54,258 nucleotides of DNA from Gammaproteobacteria bacterium (GCA_022823045.1 JAJDXW010000282.1:1-54258); one strand, 5' to 3'; counted from the stretch's first letter, positions 1 through 8,579 are shown. Notes: generated by a model from the sequence alone, not told the origin. Numbers and translations are program-made.

Positions 1-275
1 GTCGCGATGTTGTCCTTGAGGGCGAGGGGCACGCCGACGAGCGGACCGCGGGTGCCGGATCCGCCGTCCACGTCCCGCGCCGCCTCGCGCAGCGCGTCCC
101 AGTCGTGCGAGACGAAGGCGTTGAGCCCGGCCATCGCCTCCGCGCGCGCGATGAGCGCCTCGACGTATTCGCGGCACGAGCACGCCCGCTCGCGAAGCGC
201 GGCCGCAGCTTCCGCCACGGTCAGCTCGATGAGGTCGGTGTCCCGCACGCTCCCGTCCTCCCCGTCGCGGTGCAT
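1..275 (-). CDS. Amidase-signature family amidase, N-terminal 91 codons (gene runs off the left edge of the window)
   Basis: Absent from the ORF track because no stop lies in the window. Manual minus-strand translation from the ATG at 275-273 gives MHRDGEDGSVRDTDLIELTVAEAAAALRERACSCREYVEALIARAEAMAGLNAFVSHDWDALREAARDVDGGSGTRGPLVGVPLALKDNI. This has the typical AS-family N-terminus (LNAF, GPL.GVP.A.KDNI). No clear SD, so the start is uncertain. Confidence 0.8.
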   Translation of the reverse strand, partial: MHRDGEDGSVRDTDLIELTVAEAAAALRERACSCREYVEALIARAEAMAGLNAFVSHDWDALREAARDVDGGSGTRGPLVGVPLALKDNIA

Positions 276-342
276 CGGGGGGCCGACTTCGTTCAGAGGC
301 ACGGCCCCCGCTCCGATTGTGGGAGCGGGAACGCGGTCTTCG

Positions 343-364
343 ATATCCTCATTTCTGAGGATAT
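343..364. promoter_or_regulatory. AT-rich perfect palindrome ATATCCTCA-N4-TGAGGATAT upstream of the amidase start; candidate operator or hairpin
   Basis: Arms at 343-351 and 356-364 are exact reverse complements. The plus strand continues with TTTT. The site is 70-90 nt upstream of the minus-strand amidase ATG and is conspicuously AT-rich in GC-rich DNA. Confidence 0.3.
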
Positions 365-421
365 TTTGCGCTCCGGGTGAGCTTCTCCGATGACCCCGGC
401 GTGCCGGTAAGGCTCTACGCG

Positions 422-604
422 CGCATATCTCACCAACTTTCGTCGCGAGGGCGTCAAGATGCCGCTGTGACAAGGCGCACGGACCGAAAGAGCGCTTCGC
501 GCTGCTGAAGGCGTAGTCGACACTACGGTGAAGCGGCTTGAGGGAGTACGCCTTGTCACAGCGAGCAGATTGACGTCCGCAGCAGAAAGTTGGTGAGATA
601 TGCG
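422..604. mobile_element. MITE-like 183-bp inverted-repeat element (alternatively a long structured RNA)
   Basis: A 20-bp perfect terminal inverted repeat, CGCATATCTCACCAACTTTC (422-441), pairs with 585-604. The arms extend imperfectly to about 56 bp and include a second perfect 15-bp block (463-477 vs 549-563). The central 71 bp holds two small hairpins (AGCGC-TTC-GCGCT and CGTAGT-CGAC-ACTACG). The element is flanked by GGCTCTACGCG (411-421) and GGCTACGCG (605-613), a 9-bp target-site-duplication-like direct repeat with a CT indel. Confidence 0.5.
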
Positions 605-644
605 GGCTACGCGCGCGCGGGCTCCGCCACGGCGGCTCGGGGGT

Positions 645-1070
645 TCATCCGGGCATCCGCCGGGGCAGCCGAACGACCGCCTCGCGCGCGCTGACGATGG
701 GGATGCCCTCGACCCGTTGCACGGCCAGCATGTCGCCCTTGTCGCCGGAAACGATCAAGTCCGCTTCCCCGGCGATGGCCGTTGCAAGTATCGGATTGTC
801 CCCGGGGTCCGGCGAGAGGATCACCTCCGGAAGTTCGGACGTGACGGCGCAGAACGCTTCGAGGTGGTACAGGAGGTCGGCAGCTTCCTCCGGCCGGATG
901 TACGGCTTCAGGCGCTCACGGCGGAGGACGCTCCGCAGCTCCTCGATCTGAAACGTCGACGTGACCAGCGTGATGCGTTCTCGCCTGATCGCGGCCAGGA
1001 CCTGACCCGGGGGACCTTCCCCGGAGATGAGCGCGCTCACGAGAATGTTGGTATCAAGTACGATCCGCAC
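645..1070 (-). CDS. PIN-domain toxin (VapC-like ribonuclease)
   Basis: 141 aa. The N-terminus MRIVLDTNILVSAL carries the first PIN acidic residue. Later motifs DPGDNPILATAIAGEADLIVSGDKGD match PIN. It overlaps the upstream antitoxin ORF by 17 nt. Confidence 0.85.
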   Translation of the reverse strand: MRIVLDTNILVSALISGEGPPGQVLAAIRRERITLVTSTFQIEELRSVLRRERLKPYIRPEEAADLLYHLEAFCAVTSELPEVILSPDPGDNPILATAIAGEADLIVSGDKGDMLAVQRVEGIPIVSAREAVVRLPRRMPG

Positions 1071-1290
1071 GAGCTTCCGCCACCGCGTCGCCGGCCAGTC
1101 GAAGAACGTCGTCGCTCGAGAGGTGCCGATTGCGTTCCCAGATCGTCTCGAGCGTCTCCCAGAAGATCGCCTGCCGGACCGCGCGATCCACGAACCGCGA
1201 GAGGTCGCCCTTCTTCCCCCCGGTCCGCGCGAGATAGCTTCGGACGTGGCGGTCCGTGTCGTCCGCGATGACGAGATTCCACCGAGTCAC
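1054..1290 (-). CDS. Ribbon-helix-helix-type antitoxin partnered with the PIN toxin
   Basis: The track ORF is 1054..1338. I prefer the GTG at 1290 (product TRWNLVIADDTDRHVRSYLARTGGKKGDLSRFVDRAVRQAIFWE...) because AAGGTGG lies 7 nt upstream. The ATG at 1338 sits inside an AT-rich promoter-like tract. The N-terminal beta-strand plus two helices pattern fits RHH antitoxins. Confidence 0.65.
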   Translation of the reverse strand: MTRWNLVIADDTDRHVRSYLARTGGKKGDLSRFVDRAVRQAIFWETLETIWERNRHLSSDDVLRLAGDAVAEARADRT

Positions 1291-1313
1291 GAGCGCCACC
1301 TTGTGTGTGTATG

Positions 1314-1323
1314 TGCATATGCA
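1314..1323. promoter_or_regulatory. 10-bp perfect palindrome TGCATATGCA in a TG/CA-rich AT-rich tract just upstream of the antitoxin start; candidate TA operator/promoter
   Basis: The plus-strand sequence TTGTGTGTGTATGTGCATATGCATC (1301-1325) is the only AT-rich stretch here. It lies 11-35 nt upstream of the proposed GTG at 1290 on the minus strand. Confidence 0.25.
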
Positions 1324-1359
1324 TCTTTGCTGGATCATCGCGAAGAAGCAAGCGAGCGC

Positions 1360-1428
1360 GAAGTGGTTTTCGCCGACGAGCTACCGAAGACGCGGAGCGC
1401 TAAGATCCGCCGTCACGTACTGCGCGAG
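1360..1428 (+). pseudogene. Orphan C-terminal remnant of an AMP-binding acyl-CoA synthetase/ligase
   Basis: Plus-strand frame 1 reads EVVFADELPKTRSAKIRRHVLRE. This is the hallmark C-terminal motif of adenylate-forming enzymes (..F.DELPKT.SGKI.RR.LR). No upstream body of the gene is present, and the frame then runs on without the expected nearby stop. Confidence 0.6.
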
Positions 1429-1504
1429 CGGTCGAGCTGGCGGGGCGCGGGGCACGAGACCGGCGCACCAACGAATCGAAACGCCCGGGAGGGAAGACGA
1501 AGAC

Positions 1505-2314
1505 ATGAAGTACGTGCTGATCACCGGGGCGGCGGGCCTCATCGGGACCGGGCTCCGGGAGAACTTCAAGGGGCGGTATCGGATGCGCCTCAGCGACATC
1601 CGGGCGCCGGAGGACCTTCGCGACGACGAGGAGTTCGTGCCGGCGGACATCCGCGACTTCGATGCGGTTCAAGGAATCGTCGACGGGGTGGACGCGGTGG
1701 TGCACATGGGGGGCATCGCGAGCGAGGATACCTGGGAAGCGATCCGCGACATCAACATCGACGGAACGTACAACGTCTTCGAGTCGGCGCGCCGGGCGGG
1801 CGCGAAGCGGGTCGTCTACGCGAGCAGCGTGCACGCGGTCGGTTTCTATCCGCGCAGCCGCAAGATCGGCAGCGACGTGACGGTGCTCCCGGACAGCCGC
1901 TACGGGGTGAGCAAGGCGTTCGGCGAGGCGATCGGCGCGCTCTACGCCAACAAGTACGACCTCGAGGTGATGGCGATCCGCATCGGGAACGCGTACCCCG
2001 AACCGATCGACGAGCGCCGCCTCAGCATCTGGACCAGCCACCGCGACCTCGCGCAGCTCATCGGCATCGGGCTCGACCATCCGGATCTGAAGTTCGAGGT
2101 CGTCTACGGCGTCTCCGGGAACACGCGCTCATGGTGGGACAACGCGGCCGCGGAGCGGCTCGGCTACCGGCCGGAGGACAACGCGGAGGACTGGGCGGAG
2201 ACGATCATGGCGACCGCCCCCGAGGACCCGAGCGCGATCGGCGCCGATGTCCAGGGCGGGGCCTTCGCCTTTCTCGAGAGCGGGGCCGGAGTCCCGACGG
2301 ACGACGAAGACTAG
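1505..2314 (+). CDS. udh: NAD-dependent epimerase/dehydratase family protein, uronate dehydrogenase-like
   Basis: 269 aa. It has the MKYVLITGAAGLIG Rossmann motif, YGVSK (YxxxK), IRIGN..PEP and SWWDN, as I recall for Udh of Agrobacterium/Pseudomonas. The start at 1505 was chosen inside track ORF 1256..2314. Confidence 0.7.
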   Translation: MKYVLITGAAGLIGTGLRENFKGRYRMRLSDIRAPEDLRDDEEFVPADIRDFDAVQGIVDGVDAVVHMGGIASEDTWEAIRDINIDGTYNVFESARRAGAKRVVYASSVHAVGFYPRSRKIGSDVTVLPDSRYGVSKAFGEAIGALYANKYDLEVMAIRIGNAYPEPIDERRLSIWTSHRDLAQLIGIGLDHPDLKFEVVYGVSGNTRSWWDNAAAERLGYRPEDNAEDWAETIMATAPEDPSAIGADVQGGAFAFLESGAGVPTDDED

Positions 2315-2387
2315 GGAAAAGGACGACGAACCGGGAACGGCGCGCGGCGCGCCAGACGCAACCAGCAGACCATCCGGAGAATCCGCC

Positions 2388-2945
2388 ATGACGCTTCTCG
2401 TTGCCGGCCTCGCGCTCTTCGTCGTCCTTCACCTGATCCCGAGCGTTCCGCCGCTCCGCGCGGGGCTCGTCGCCCGCATGGGAGAGGGGCCGTACCGCGG
2501 GGTGTTCGCGCTCGTCGCGTTCGCGAGCCTCGCGATGGTGGTGTGGGGCTACTCGGCGGCCCCGTTCGAGCCCGTGTACTCGCCGCCGGGCTGGGGGCGC
2601 CACGCGGCGATGGGGCTGGTGCCGGTGGCGCTGGTGCTGTTCGCGGCCGCCAACATGCCGACCCACATCCGCGCTGTCGTCCGGCACCCCATGCTGCTCG
2701 GGCTCCTCGTCTGGGCGCTCGCCCACCTCGCGGCGAACGGGGACCTCCGCTCGGTCGCGCTCTTCGGAACCTTCGGCGGATTCGCGGTGGTGGCGGCGGT
2801 GAGCGCGGTCGCACGCGGGAAGCGGCCGGCCGCCGACAAGGCGCCGCGCCTCGCGCTCGACGCGGCGGCGATCGTGTCCGGCACCATCGTCGCCGGGCTC
2901 CTCGCCTACTTCCACGCCGCGCTGTTCGGCATGCCGCTCTTTTAG
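2388..2945 (+). CDS. NnrU family membrane protein
   Basis: 185 aa with multiple hydrophobic helices. The sequence MTLLVAGLALFVVLHLIPSVPPLR...HPMLLGLLVWALAHLAANGDL matches the NnrU pattern. Start is the ATG at 2388 inside ORF 2247..2945. Confidence 0.7.
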   Translation: MTLLVAGLALFVVLHLIPSVPPLRAGLVARMGEGPYRGVFALVAFASLAMVVWGYSAAPFEPVYSPPGWGRHAAMGLVPVALVLFAAANMPTHIRAVVRHPMLLGLLVWALAHLAANGDLRSVALFGTFGGFAVVAAVSAVARGKRPAADKAPRLALDAAAIVSGTIVAGLLAYFHAALFGMPLF

Positions 2946-3043
2946 CCGGAGCGTCTCACCGACTTCCTGGCGGGCGGACGCCAATCCGCCGGCGCGGGCA
3001 GGTCGAACGCATCCGGACGCGGACCCGCGGAATCGCGCGATCG

Positions 3044-4120
3044 TCAGGGCACGACCACGATGTTGCCCACGTGGCGCTTGTCGATGAACGCCCGCTGGGC
3101 CTCGCGGAGCTCGGCGAGCGGCCAGGTCGCGGCCAGCACCGGCCTCACCTCGCCCCGCTCGATGTAGCCGACGAGGTCGCGCAGGACATGGCTCGGGACC
3201 ACCGTCGAGCCGGTGAAGGTGAGGTCGCGAAGGTAGAACGGGCGGAGGTCGAACCGGACGATGGGGCCGGCGATGGCCCCCGAGCAGGTGTAGCGCCCGC
3301 CCCGCTCGAGAATGTCGATGAGCTCCGGCCAGCCGGACCCGCCGACGACGTCGGCGACCACCGTCACTCTCTCGCCGCGCAACGCGTCGCGGAGGTCTTT
3401 CGGGGCGCGGGGCACGATCGCGTCCGGGCCGAGACGGGCCACGTCGGCGTGCTTCGCTTCGGAGGCCATCGCGATCACCCGGGCGCGGCGGCGCCGGGCA
3501 AGCTGGACCAGCGCACCCCCCACGCCTCCCGAGGCACCGGGGACGAGCACGGTGTCGCCGGCACCCACGTTCGCGCGGTTCAGCATGCCTTCCGCCGTCG
3601 TGTAGGAGCAGGAGAAGGTCGCGAGCTCGGCGTCCGTCAGCCCGGAGTCGACGACCGCCACGCTGCGCGCGTCGCACTTGGCGTACTCGGCGAAGCCCCC
3701 GTCGATCTCCGACCCGAAGTAGCGGGCCTTGTCCAGGTTCTCGGGGTCCGACCAGTCGCGCTGCCACCCGTCGACCATGACTCGCCGGCCGAGGAGGGCG
3801 GAGTCGGCGCCCGCTCCGACCGCGACCACCTCGCCCACCGCGTCCGCCCCCTGGATCCGCGGAAACCGGATGGGCCGTCCGCCCCAGGTCGGGTCCGTCT
3901 CGTCGACCTCGGCATGGGAGTCGCCGGTCGTCGCCTCCGTCACCGTCCGGGAGTACCAGCCCGTGCGGGTGTTGACGTCCGTGTTGTTGAGCCCGCAGGC
4001 GCCGACGCGGATGAGCGCCTCCATCGGCCCCGGCTCGGGTCTAGGCCAGTCTTCGCGCCACTCGTACTTGTCGAGGCCGCCGTGGCCGGTGAGCACCATC
4101 GCCTTCATTGCACGCTTCAT
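3044..4120 (-). CDS. Zinc-type alcohol dehydrogenase / quinone oxidoreductase (MDR superfamily)
   Basis: Sequence reads MKAMVLTGHGG...ALIRVGACGLNNTD..., with the nucleotide-binding motif VLVPGASGGVGGALVQLA. Alternative starts lie at 4108 and 4099. Confidence 0.85.
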   Translation of the reverse strand: MKRAMKAMVLTGHGGLDKYEWREDWPRPEPGPMEALIRVGACGLNNTDVNTRTGWYSRTVTEATTGDSHAEVDETDPTWGGRPIRFPRIQGADAVGEVVAVGAGADSALLGRRVMVDGWQRDWSDPENLDKARYFGSEIDGGFAEYAKCDARSVAVVDSGLTDAELATFSCSYTTAEGMLNRANVGAGDTVLVPGASGGVGGALVQLARRRRARVIAMASEAKHADVARLGPDAIVPRAPKDLRDALRGERVTVVADVVGGSGWPELIDILERGGRYTCSGAIAGPIVRFDLRPFYLRDLTFTGSTVVPSHVLRDLVGYIERGEVRPVLAATWPLAELREAQRAFIDKRHVGNIVVVP

Positions 4121-4196
4121 GGATTGACCCGCTCTCGGCCGCGTCACCGCAGTTCGAGGGTCACCGGCCCGGGCGCCGGAATGGCGGAGGCTCCGG

Positions 4197-5912
4197 TCAG
4201 TCGTCTCCGGCCGCCGCGGCAGGTTCCGCGGACCCGGCCGGGGCGGCATTCCAGCTCCCCGCGCTCACCTTGCCGCCCGCGAAGTCGGCGGTGAGGAGGT
4301 CCGCCGGACGGGCCTCCGGGTCGCCGTAGCCGCCCCCGCCCGCCGTGTTGACCTCCACCCGGTCCCCGGGCTGGAGGCGCACCAGGGTCTTCGAGGGGAT
4401 GACCTCCTCCTCCCCACTCACCCGCCGGATGACGGAGTGCGCGCGCGCCCCGGCGTCGCCGCCCGCCGCGCCCCGGGCCGGGCGGCGGTGCCGCTCGCCC
4501 CGGTGGGTGAAGACCACCTCGCCGGAGAGGATCTCGTACTCGCGGCTGATCCCGAGGCCGCCCCGATATGCGCCCGGGCCGCCCGAATCGGGCCGGAGCT
4601 CCGAACGATGCAGGCGGATCGGGACGTCCATCTCGAGCGCCTCGACCGGGAGGTTCATGCAGTTCGAGCCGTCCGTCTCGATCACGTCGACCCCGTCCTT
4701 GCCGTCGCTCGCACCGCTCCCGGAGGCGATGAGCTCGCCGACCACGTAGCGCGACCCGTCCTCGCGGGCGCCGCCGAACGCGAGCACGTGAAGCGCGCCC
4801 CCGGCGTCCGCCGGAGCGTTCTCGGGCCGGGCCTCCCGGAGCGCGCCGATGATCGTCCCCGCGATCCGCTTGATGGTGGAGGTGCGCGAGTTGACCGGCG
4901 CGGGCTCGCGCGGGTTGACGAGGGTCCCCTCCGGCAGCACGAGCTCGATGGGACGGAAGCACCCCCCGTTGATCGGGATCGACGGGTCGGCCATCGCGAG
5001 CACCGCGAAGTAGGCGCCCGCGTACGCGCCGGACGGCACGCAGTTGAACGGGCCACGGAGCTGCGGGCTCGTGCCCGTGAAGTCGATCGTCACCCGGTCC
5101 CCCGCGATCTCCGCCGCGACCTCGATGCGCACCAGCTCGTCGAGCGCGACCCCGTCGTTGTCGAGCCAGTCGACGTAGGAGTAGCGTCCGTCCGGAAGCC
5201 GCTCGATGGCCCGCCGCACGAGCTGCTCGGAGCGGGCGAGGAGCTCCCCGGTGAGGGCCGGGAGGCGGTTCGTGCCATAGCGCTCCGCGAGCTCCGCGAC
5301 GCGGCGCGCGCCGATCGAGCACGCCGCGATCTGGGCGTTGAGGTCACCCATGAACGTCTCGGGCACCCGCACGTTGAGGCAGAGCATGTCGACGAGGGTC
5401 TGGTTGATGCGGCCCGCGTCCCGGTACTTGAGGGGCGGAATGCGGATCCCCTCCTGGAAGATCTCGGTCGCGTTCGGGGGAACGGACCCCGGGGACATCC
5501 CGCCCACGTCCTGGTGGTGGGTCATCGCGGCGCTCAGGGCAATCGGCCGCCCGCCCGAGAAGATGGGCATGACGAGCGCGATGTCCGGGAGGTGGGTCCC
5601 GCCCCGGTAGGGGTCGTTCAGGATGTAGATGTCGCCCTCGCGCATCGTCGATACCGGGTACTTCCCGAGGATCGTCCGCACCACCGGGATAAGGGTCGCG
5701 AGGTGGATGGGGATGGCGGTCGCCTGGGCGAGGGTCTCGCCGTCGAGGGTGAAGAGGCTCGCCGATGCGTCGAGCCCTTCCTTCACGATGGGCGAGAACG
5801 AACTTCGCACGAGGGTCGACTGCATCTCGTTCGCGATGCCGTCGAGCTTGTTGCGCACCACCTCGAGGGTGATCGGGTCGGAGGCGGGATTCGGGTTCGT
5901 CGCTGCGGTCAT
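4197..5912 (-). CDS. Hydantoinase B / oxoprolinase family protein (HyuB-like)
   Basis: 571 aa. DPITLEVVRNKLDGIANEMQSTLVRSSFSPIVKEGLDASASLF is the characteristic HyuB N-terminus, and similarity runs the full length. Confidence 0.85.
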   Translation of the reverse strand: MTAATNPNPASDPITLEVVRNKLDGIANEMQSTLVRSSFSPIVKEGLDASASLFTLDGETLAQATAIPIHLATLIPVVRTILGKYPVSTMREGDIYILNDPYRGGTHLPDIALVMPIFSGGRPIALSAAMTHHQDVGGMSPGSVPPNATEIFQEGIRIPPLKYRDAGRINQTLVDMLCLNVRVPETFMGDLNAQIAACSIGARRVAELAERYGTNRLPALTGELLARSEQLVRRAIERLPDGRYSYVDWLDNDGVALDELVRIEVAAEIAGDRVTIDFTGTSPQLRGPFNCVPSGAYAGAYFAVLAMADPSIPINGGCFRPIELVLPEGTLVNPREPAPVNSRTSTIKRIAGTIIGALREARPENAPADAGGALHVLAFGGAREDGSRYVVGELIASGSGASDGKDGVDVIETDGSNCMNLPVEALEMDVPIRLHRSELRPDSGGPGAYRGGLGISREYEILSGEVVFTHRGERHRRPARGAAGGDAGARAHSVIRRVSGEEEVIPSKTLVRLQPGDRVEVNTAGGGGYGDPEARPADLLTADFAGGKVSAGSWNAAPAGSAEPAAAAGDD

Positions 5913-6025
5913 GTTCCGTCTGCCCTGCTGGAGTCCCGGAAACGGGTTCGACTATCCTACCTGTCCACCGCGCACGAGCGAAGCACCGCGCAGCCCGGTG
6001 GAGGTGGGAAAGAGGGAGAGAGGTC

Positions 6026-6715
6026 ATGCTGCGCTCGGAGATCAACGCGCTCATCCGCGACGCGGAGGCCTACTTCGAGGCGGAACGCTTCCGGCTCCCG
6101 CCGTTCGCGTTCTGGACCCCGGATGACTGGGCGGACCCCGGCGGCGACATCTCGGAGATCGTCGACTGCGGCCTCGGCTGGGACATCACCGACTTCGGCC
6201 TCGGCGAGTACCACACCTGCGGCCTGCTCCTCTTCACGATGCGAAACGGCCGGCTCGCGAATCTCAAGGCCGGCGTCGGGAAGACCTACTGCGAGAAGGC
6301 GATCATCCTCGACCCCGGTCAGCACTGTCCCGCCCATCATCATTGGATCAAGGTCGAGGACATCATCGTGCGGGCGGGCGGCACCATGGGCGTCGAGGTG
6401 CACAACGCGGCCGAGGACGGCTCCTTCGCGGACACCGAAGTGTCCCTGAGCCTCGACGGGGTGCGGCGCAAGGTCCCGGCGGGCACCACCCTCGAGCTCG
6501 CTCCCGGGGAGAGCATCACCCTCGAGCCCGGCTGCTACCACAAGCTGACGGCGCCGCGCGGGCGGGTGCTCCTCGGCGAGGTGTCGGTGGTCAATGACGA
6601 CGTGAACGACAACCGCTTCCACCAGCCGGTGGGACGATTCCCGGAGATCGAGGAGGACGAGCCGCCCTACCGCCTCCTCGTCGGCGACTACGAATCTCTG
6701 GTGGGCGCCGGGTGA
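6026..6715 (+). CDS. D-lyxose/D-mannose family sugar isomerase (cupin)
   Basis: 229 aa. FRLPPFAFWTP..W, GWDITDFG, the cupin metal motif CPAHHHW and FGEVS..NDD.NDNRF match the D-lyxose ketol-isomerase pattern. A strong SD (GAGGGAGAGAGG) precedes the start. Confidence 0.7.
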   Translation: MLRSEINALIRDAEAYFEAERFRLPPFAFWTPDDWADPGGDISEIVDCGLGWDITDFGLGEYHTCGLLLFTMRNGRLANLKAGVGKTYCEKAIILDPGQHCPAHHHWIKVEDIIVRAGGTMGVEVHNAAEDGSFADTEVSLSLDGVRRKVPAGTTLELAPGESITLEPGCYHKLTAPRGRVLLGEVSVVNDDVNDNRFHQPVGRFPEIEEDEPPYRLLVGDYESLVGAG

Positions 6716-6848
6716 CCGCCTTCGGCCGAGGTCGCTCCCCCAGCATCCGCACATCGGCGGCCCTCCCGGAAATGCGGTCCGGGAAACCGGCGAACCGCGA
6801 CTGAGCTTCGTACGCAGCCGGGAGCTCGTAACCGCAGGAGGTACAACC

Positions 6849-8021
6849 ATGGCGCTATCCGGACGCGTGGCATTCGGAACGATGGAATCGGTCACCTTCG
6901 GCCGGCCATTCGCCGAGGCGGTGGCGGCGGAAGTCGAGAGCCGGGGCGCGGAACGCGTGTTCCTGATGGTGAGCGGCACCCTCAACCTCGAGACCGACGA
7001 GATCGCGAAGCTCCGCCGTGCGCTCGGCAACAAGGTCGCGGGCGAGTTCGACCGGATGTCGCCGCACACCCCGCGCTCGGACGTGATCGCGGCCGCCGAT
7101 GGCGCGCGGGAGGCCCGGGCGGATCTCATCGTCACTTTCGGGGGCGGCTCGATCACCGACGGCGCCAAGGCGGTCGCGCTCTGCCTCGCGAACGACATCC
7201 GCGAGCCGGACCGGATCGACATGCTCCGCCCGGTGGCCGGACCCGACGGGGCGCTCGGCCCGCCGCCCATCAATCCACCGGCCGTGCCCCAGATCACCAT
7301 CCCGACGACCCTGTCGGGCGGCGAGTTCAGCGCAATCTCCGGCGTTACCGACGAGCGCACCCGCACCAAGGAGCTGCTCCGCCACCCGGGCATCATGCCG
7401 CGGGCGGTCATCCTCGACCCCGCGCCGACCGTCCACACGCCGGAGTGGCTGTTCCTGTCCACCGGCGTGCGCGCCGTCGACCACTGCGTCGAAGGGGTCT
7501 GCTCGCTCGAGGCGCATCCCTATGGCGACGCGCAGGCGCTCCAGGGTCTCTCGCTGCTGACGAGCGGGCTCGCCCGGGTCAAGGCCGACCCGGACGACAT
7601 CGACGCCCGCCTCGACTGCCAGATCGGAACGTGGATGTCGATGGCCCCGCTCGCGAGTGGCGTCCCGATGGGGGCGAGCCACGGCATCGGCTACATCCTC
7701 GGGGCCGTCTTCGACATCCCGCACGGCCACACCTCCTGCATCATGCTGCCGTCCGTCATGCGCTGGAACCGGGAGGTCAACGCCGACCGGCAGGCGATGG
7801 TCGCGCGTGCGATGGGGCATCCGGACGAGGACGCCGCCGACGTGCTCGACCGCTTCATCGCCGGTCTGGGCATGCCGCGGAGCCTCTCCGCCGCCAACGT
7901 CGGCCCCGAGCACTTCGAGCGCATCGCCGAGGGCTCGATGAAGACGCCCTGGATCCCGCGCAACCCGCGCCCCATCGCCGGCCCGGCCGAAGTCAGGGAA
8001 ATCCTCGAGCTCGCCGCCTGA
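6849..8021 (+). CDS. Iron-containing (group III) alcohol dehydrogenase family, maleylacetate reductase-like
   Basis: 390 aa. Motifs GGGSITDGAK and HGIGYILG..FDIPHGHTSC match Fe-ADH. SD GCAGGAGG is upstream. Confidence 0.8.
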   Translation: MALSGRVAFGTMESVTFGRPFAEAVAAEVESRGAERVFLMVSGTLNLETDEIAKLRRALGNKVAGEFDRMSPHTPRSDVIAAADGAREARADLIVTFGGGSITDGAKAVALCLANDIREPDRIDMLRPVAGPDGALGPPPINPPAVPQITIPTTLSGGEFSAISGVTDERTRTKELLRHPGIMPRAVILDPAPTVHTPEWLFLSTGVRAVDHCVEGVCSLEAHPYGDAQALQGLSLLTSGLARVKADPDDIDARLDCQIGTWMSMAPLASGVPMGASHGIGYILGAVFDIPHGHTSCIMLPSVMRWNREVNADRQAMVARAMGHPDEDAADVLDRFIAGLGMPRSLSAANVGPEHFERIAEGSMKTPWIPRNPRPIAGPAEVREILELAA

Positions 8022-8579
8022 CCGCTCTCCGGCCTTGCATGCAGTAACCGCCAGCACACGTTCGCGAACCACCGCGTGAGCGGACGACCCTTGGCGGAAC
8101 GGACGGCGACAGGGCGGCAGTCACCCGATCGCCATCCTTGATGCCATGCATCAGAGGATAGCGGAACAGATCCCGGGAACCCCCGGCGCACTGCCACACC
8201 CGCGTCGTGACCGGTACCGGAATCATCGTGCAAGGCCGTGCACCAGCCGGCACGACACCTCGACACCAGGCCGGCCCGTGACAGTGATCGGCTGACCATT
8301 GCGGAGCGCGATGGCAGCCGCCGCTCGCGATGCGCCCCGTCGGTGACCGGACTCGACACCACCTCCACGGGAAGGAACGATGGCTCGGGTTCCTGATTCA
8401 GGTCTACCGACGCTCTCCTGGAAACGGTGTCGAACAGTCGTTACAGAATCTGGCTGGATGTGCAGATTTCGTGCTGACTCACAGATCCACGTTTCGGTAT
8501 TGCACGGACCCGGTTATGGCTGTATTTTCGCCATACCCTGGCTGGCTCTCGCCTGGAGAAAACGACGTTGGAGGCGGAC

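Noticed and set aside
1256-1504. N-terminal extension of the udh-like ORF (the track start at 1256 gives 352 aa)
   Set aside because: The extension overlaps the TA promoter and the acyl-CoA synthetase remnant in another frame. It has no homology to the family. The Rossmann motif begins 4 residues after the ATG at 1505.
2973-2990. Hairpin GGCGGA-CGCCAA-TCCGCC between the convergent NnrU and Zn-ADH genes, a possible bidirectional terminator
   Set aside because: The stem is only 6 bp with no flanking T/A tract. It cannot be told apart from chance GC-rich complementarity. The same applies to TCCGGGCC-TC-GGCCCGGA at about 9197-9216.
7993-8368. Minus-strand ORFs (86 aa and 225 aa) in the left part of the 8022-9362 islet, with peptide stretches such as LRNGQPITVTGRPGVEV and DLFRYPLMHGIKDGDRVT in different frames
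   Set aside because: The pieces lie in different frames, have no start or SD context, and I cannot assign them to a family. They may be a decayed pseudogene, but this is not supportable without BLASTX.
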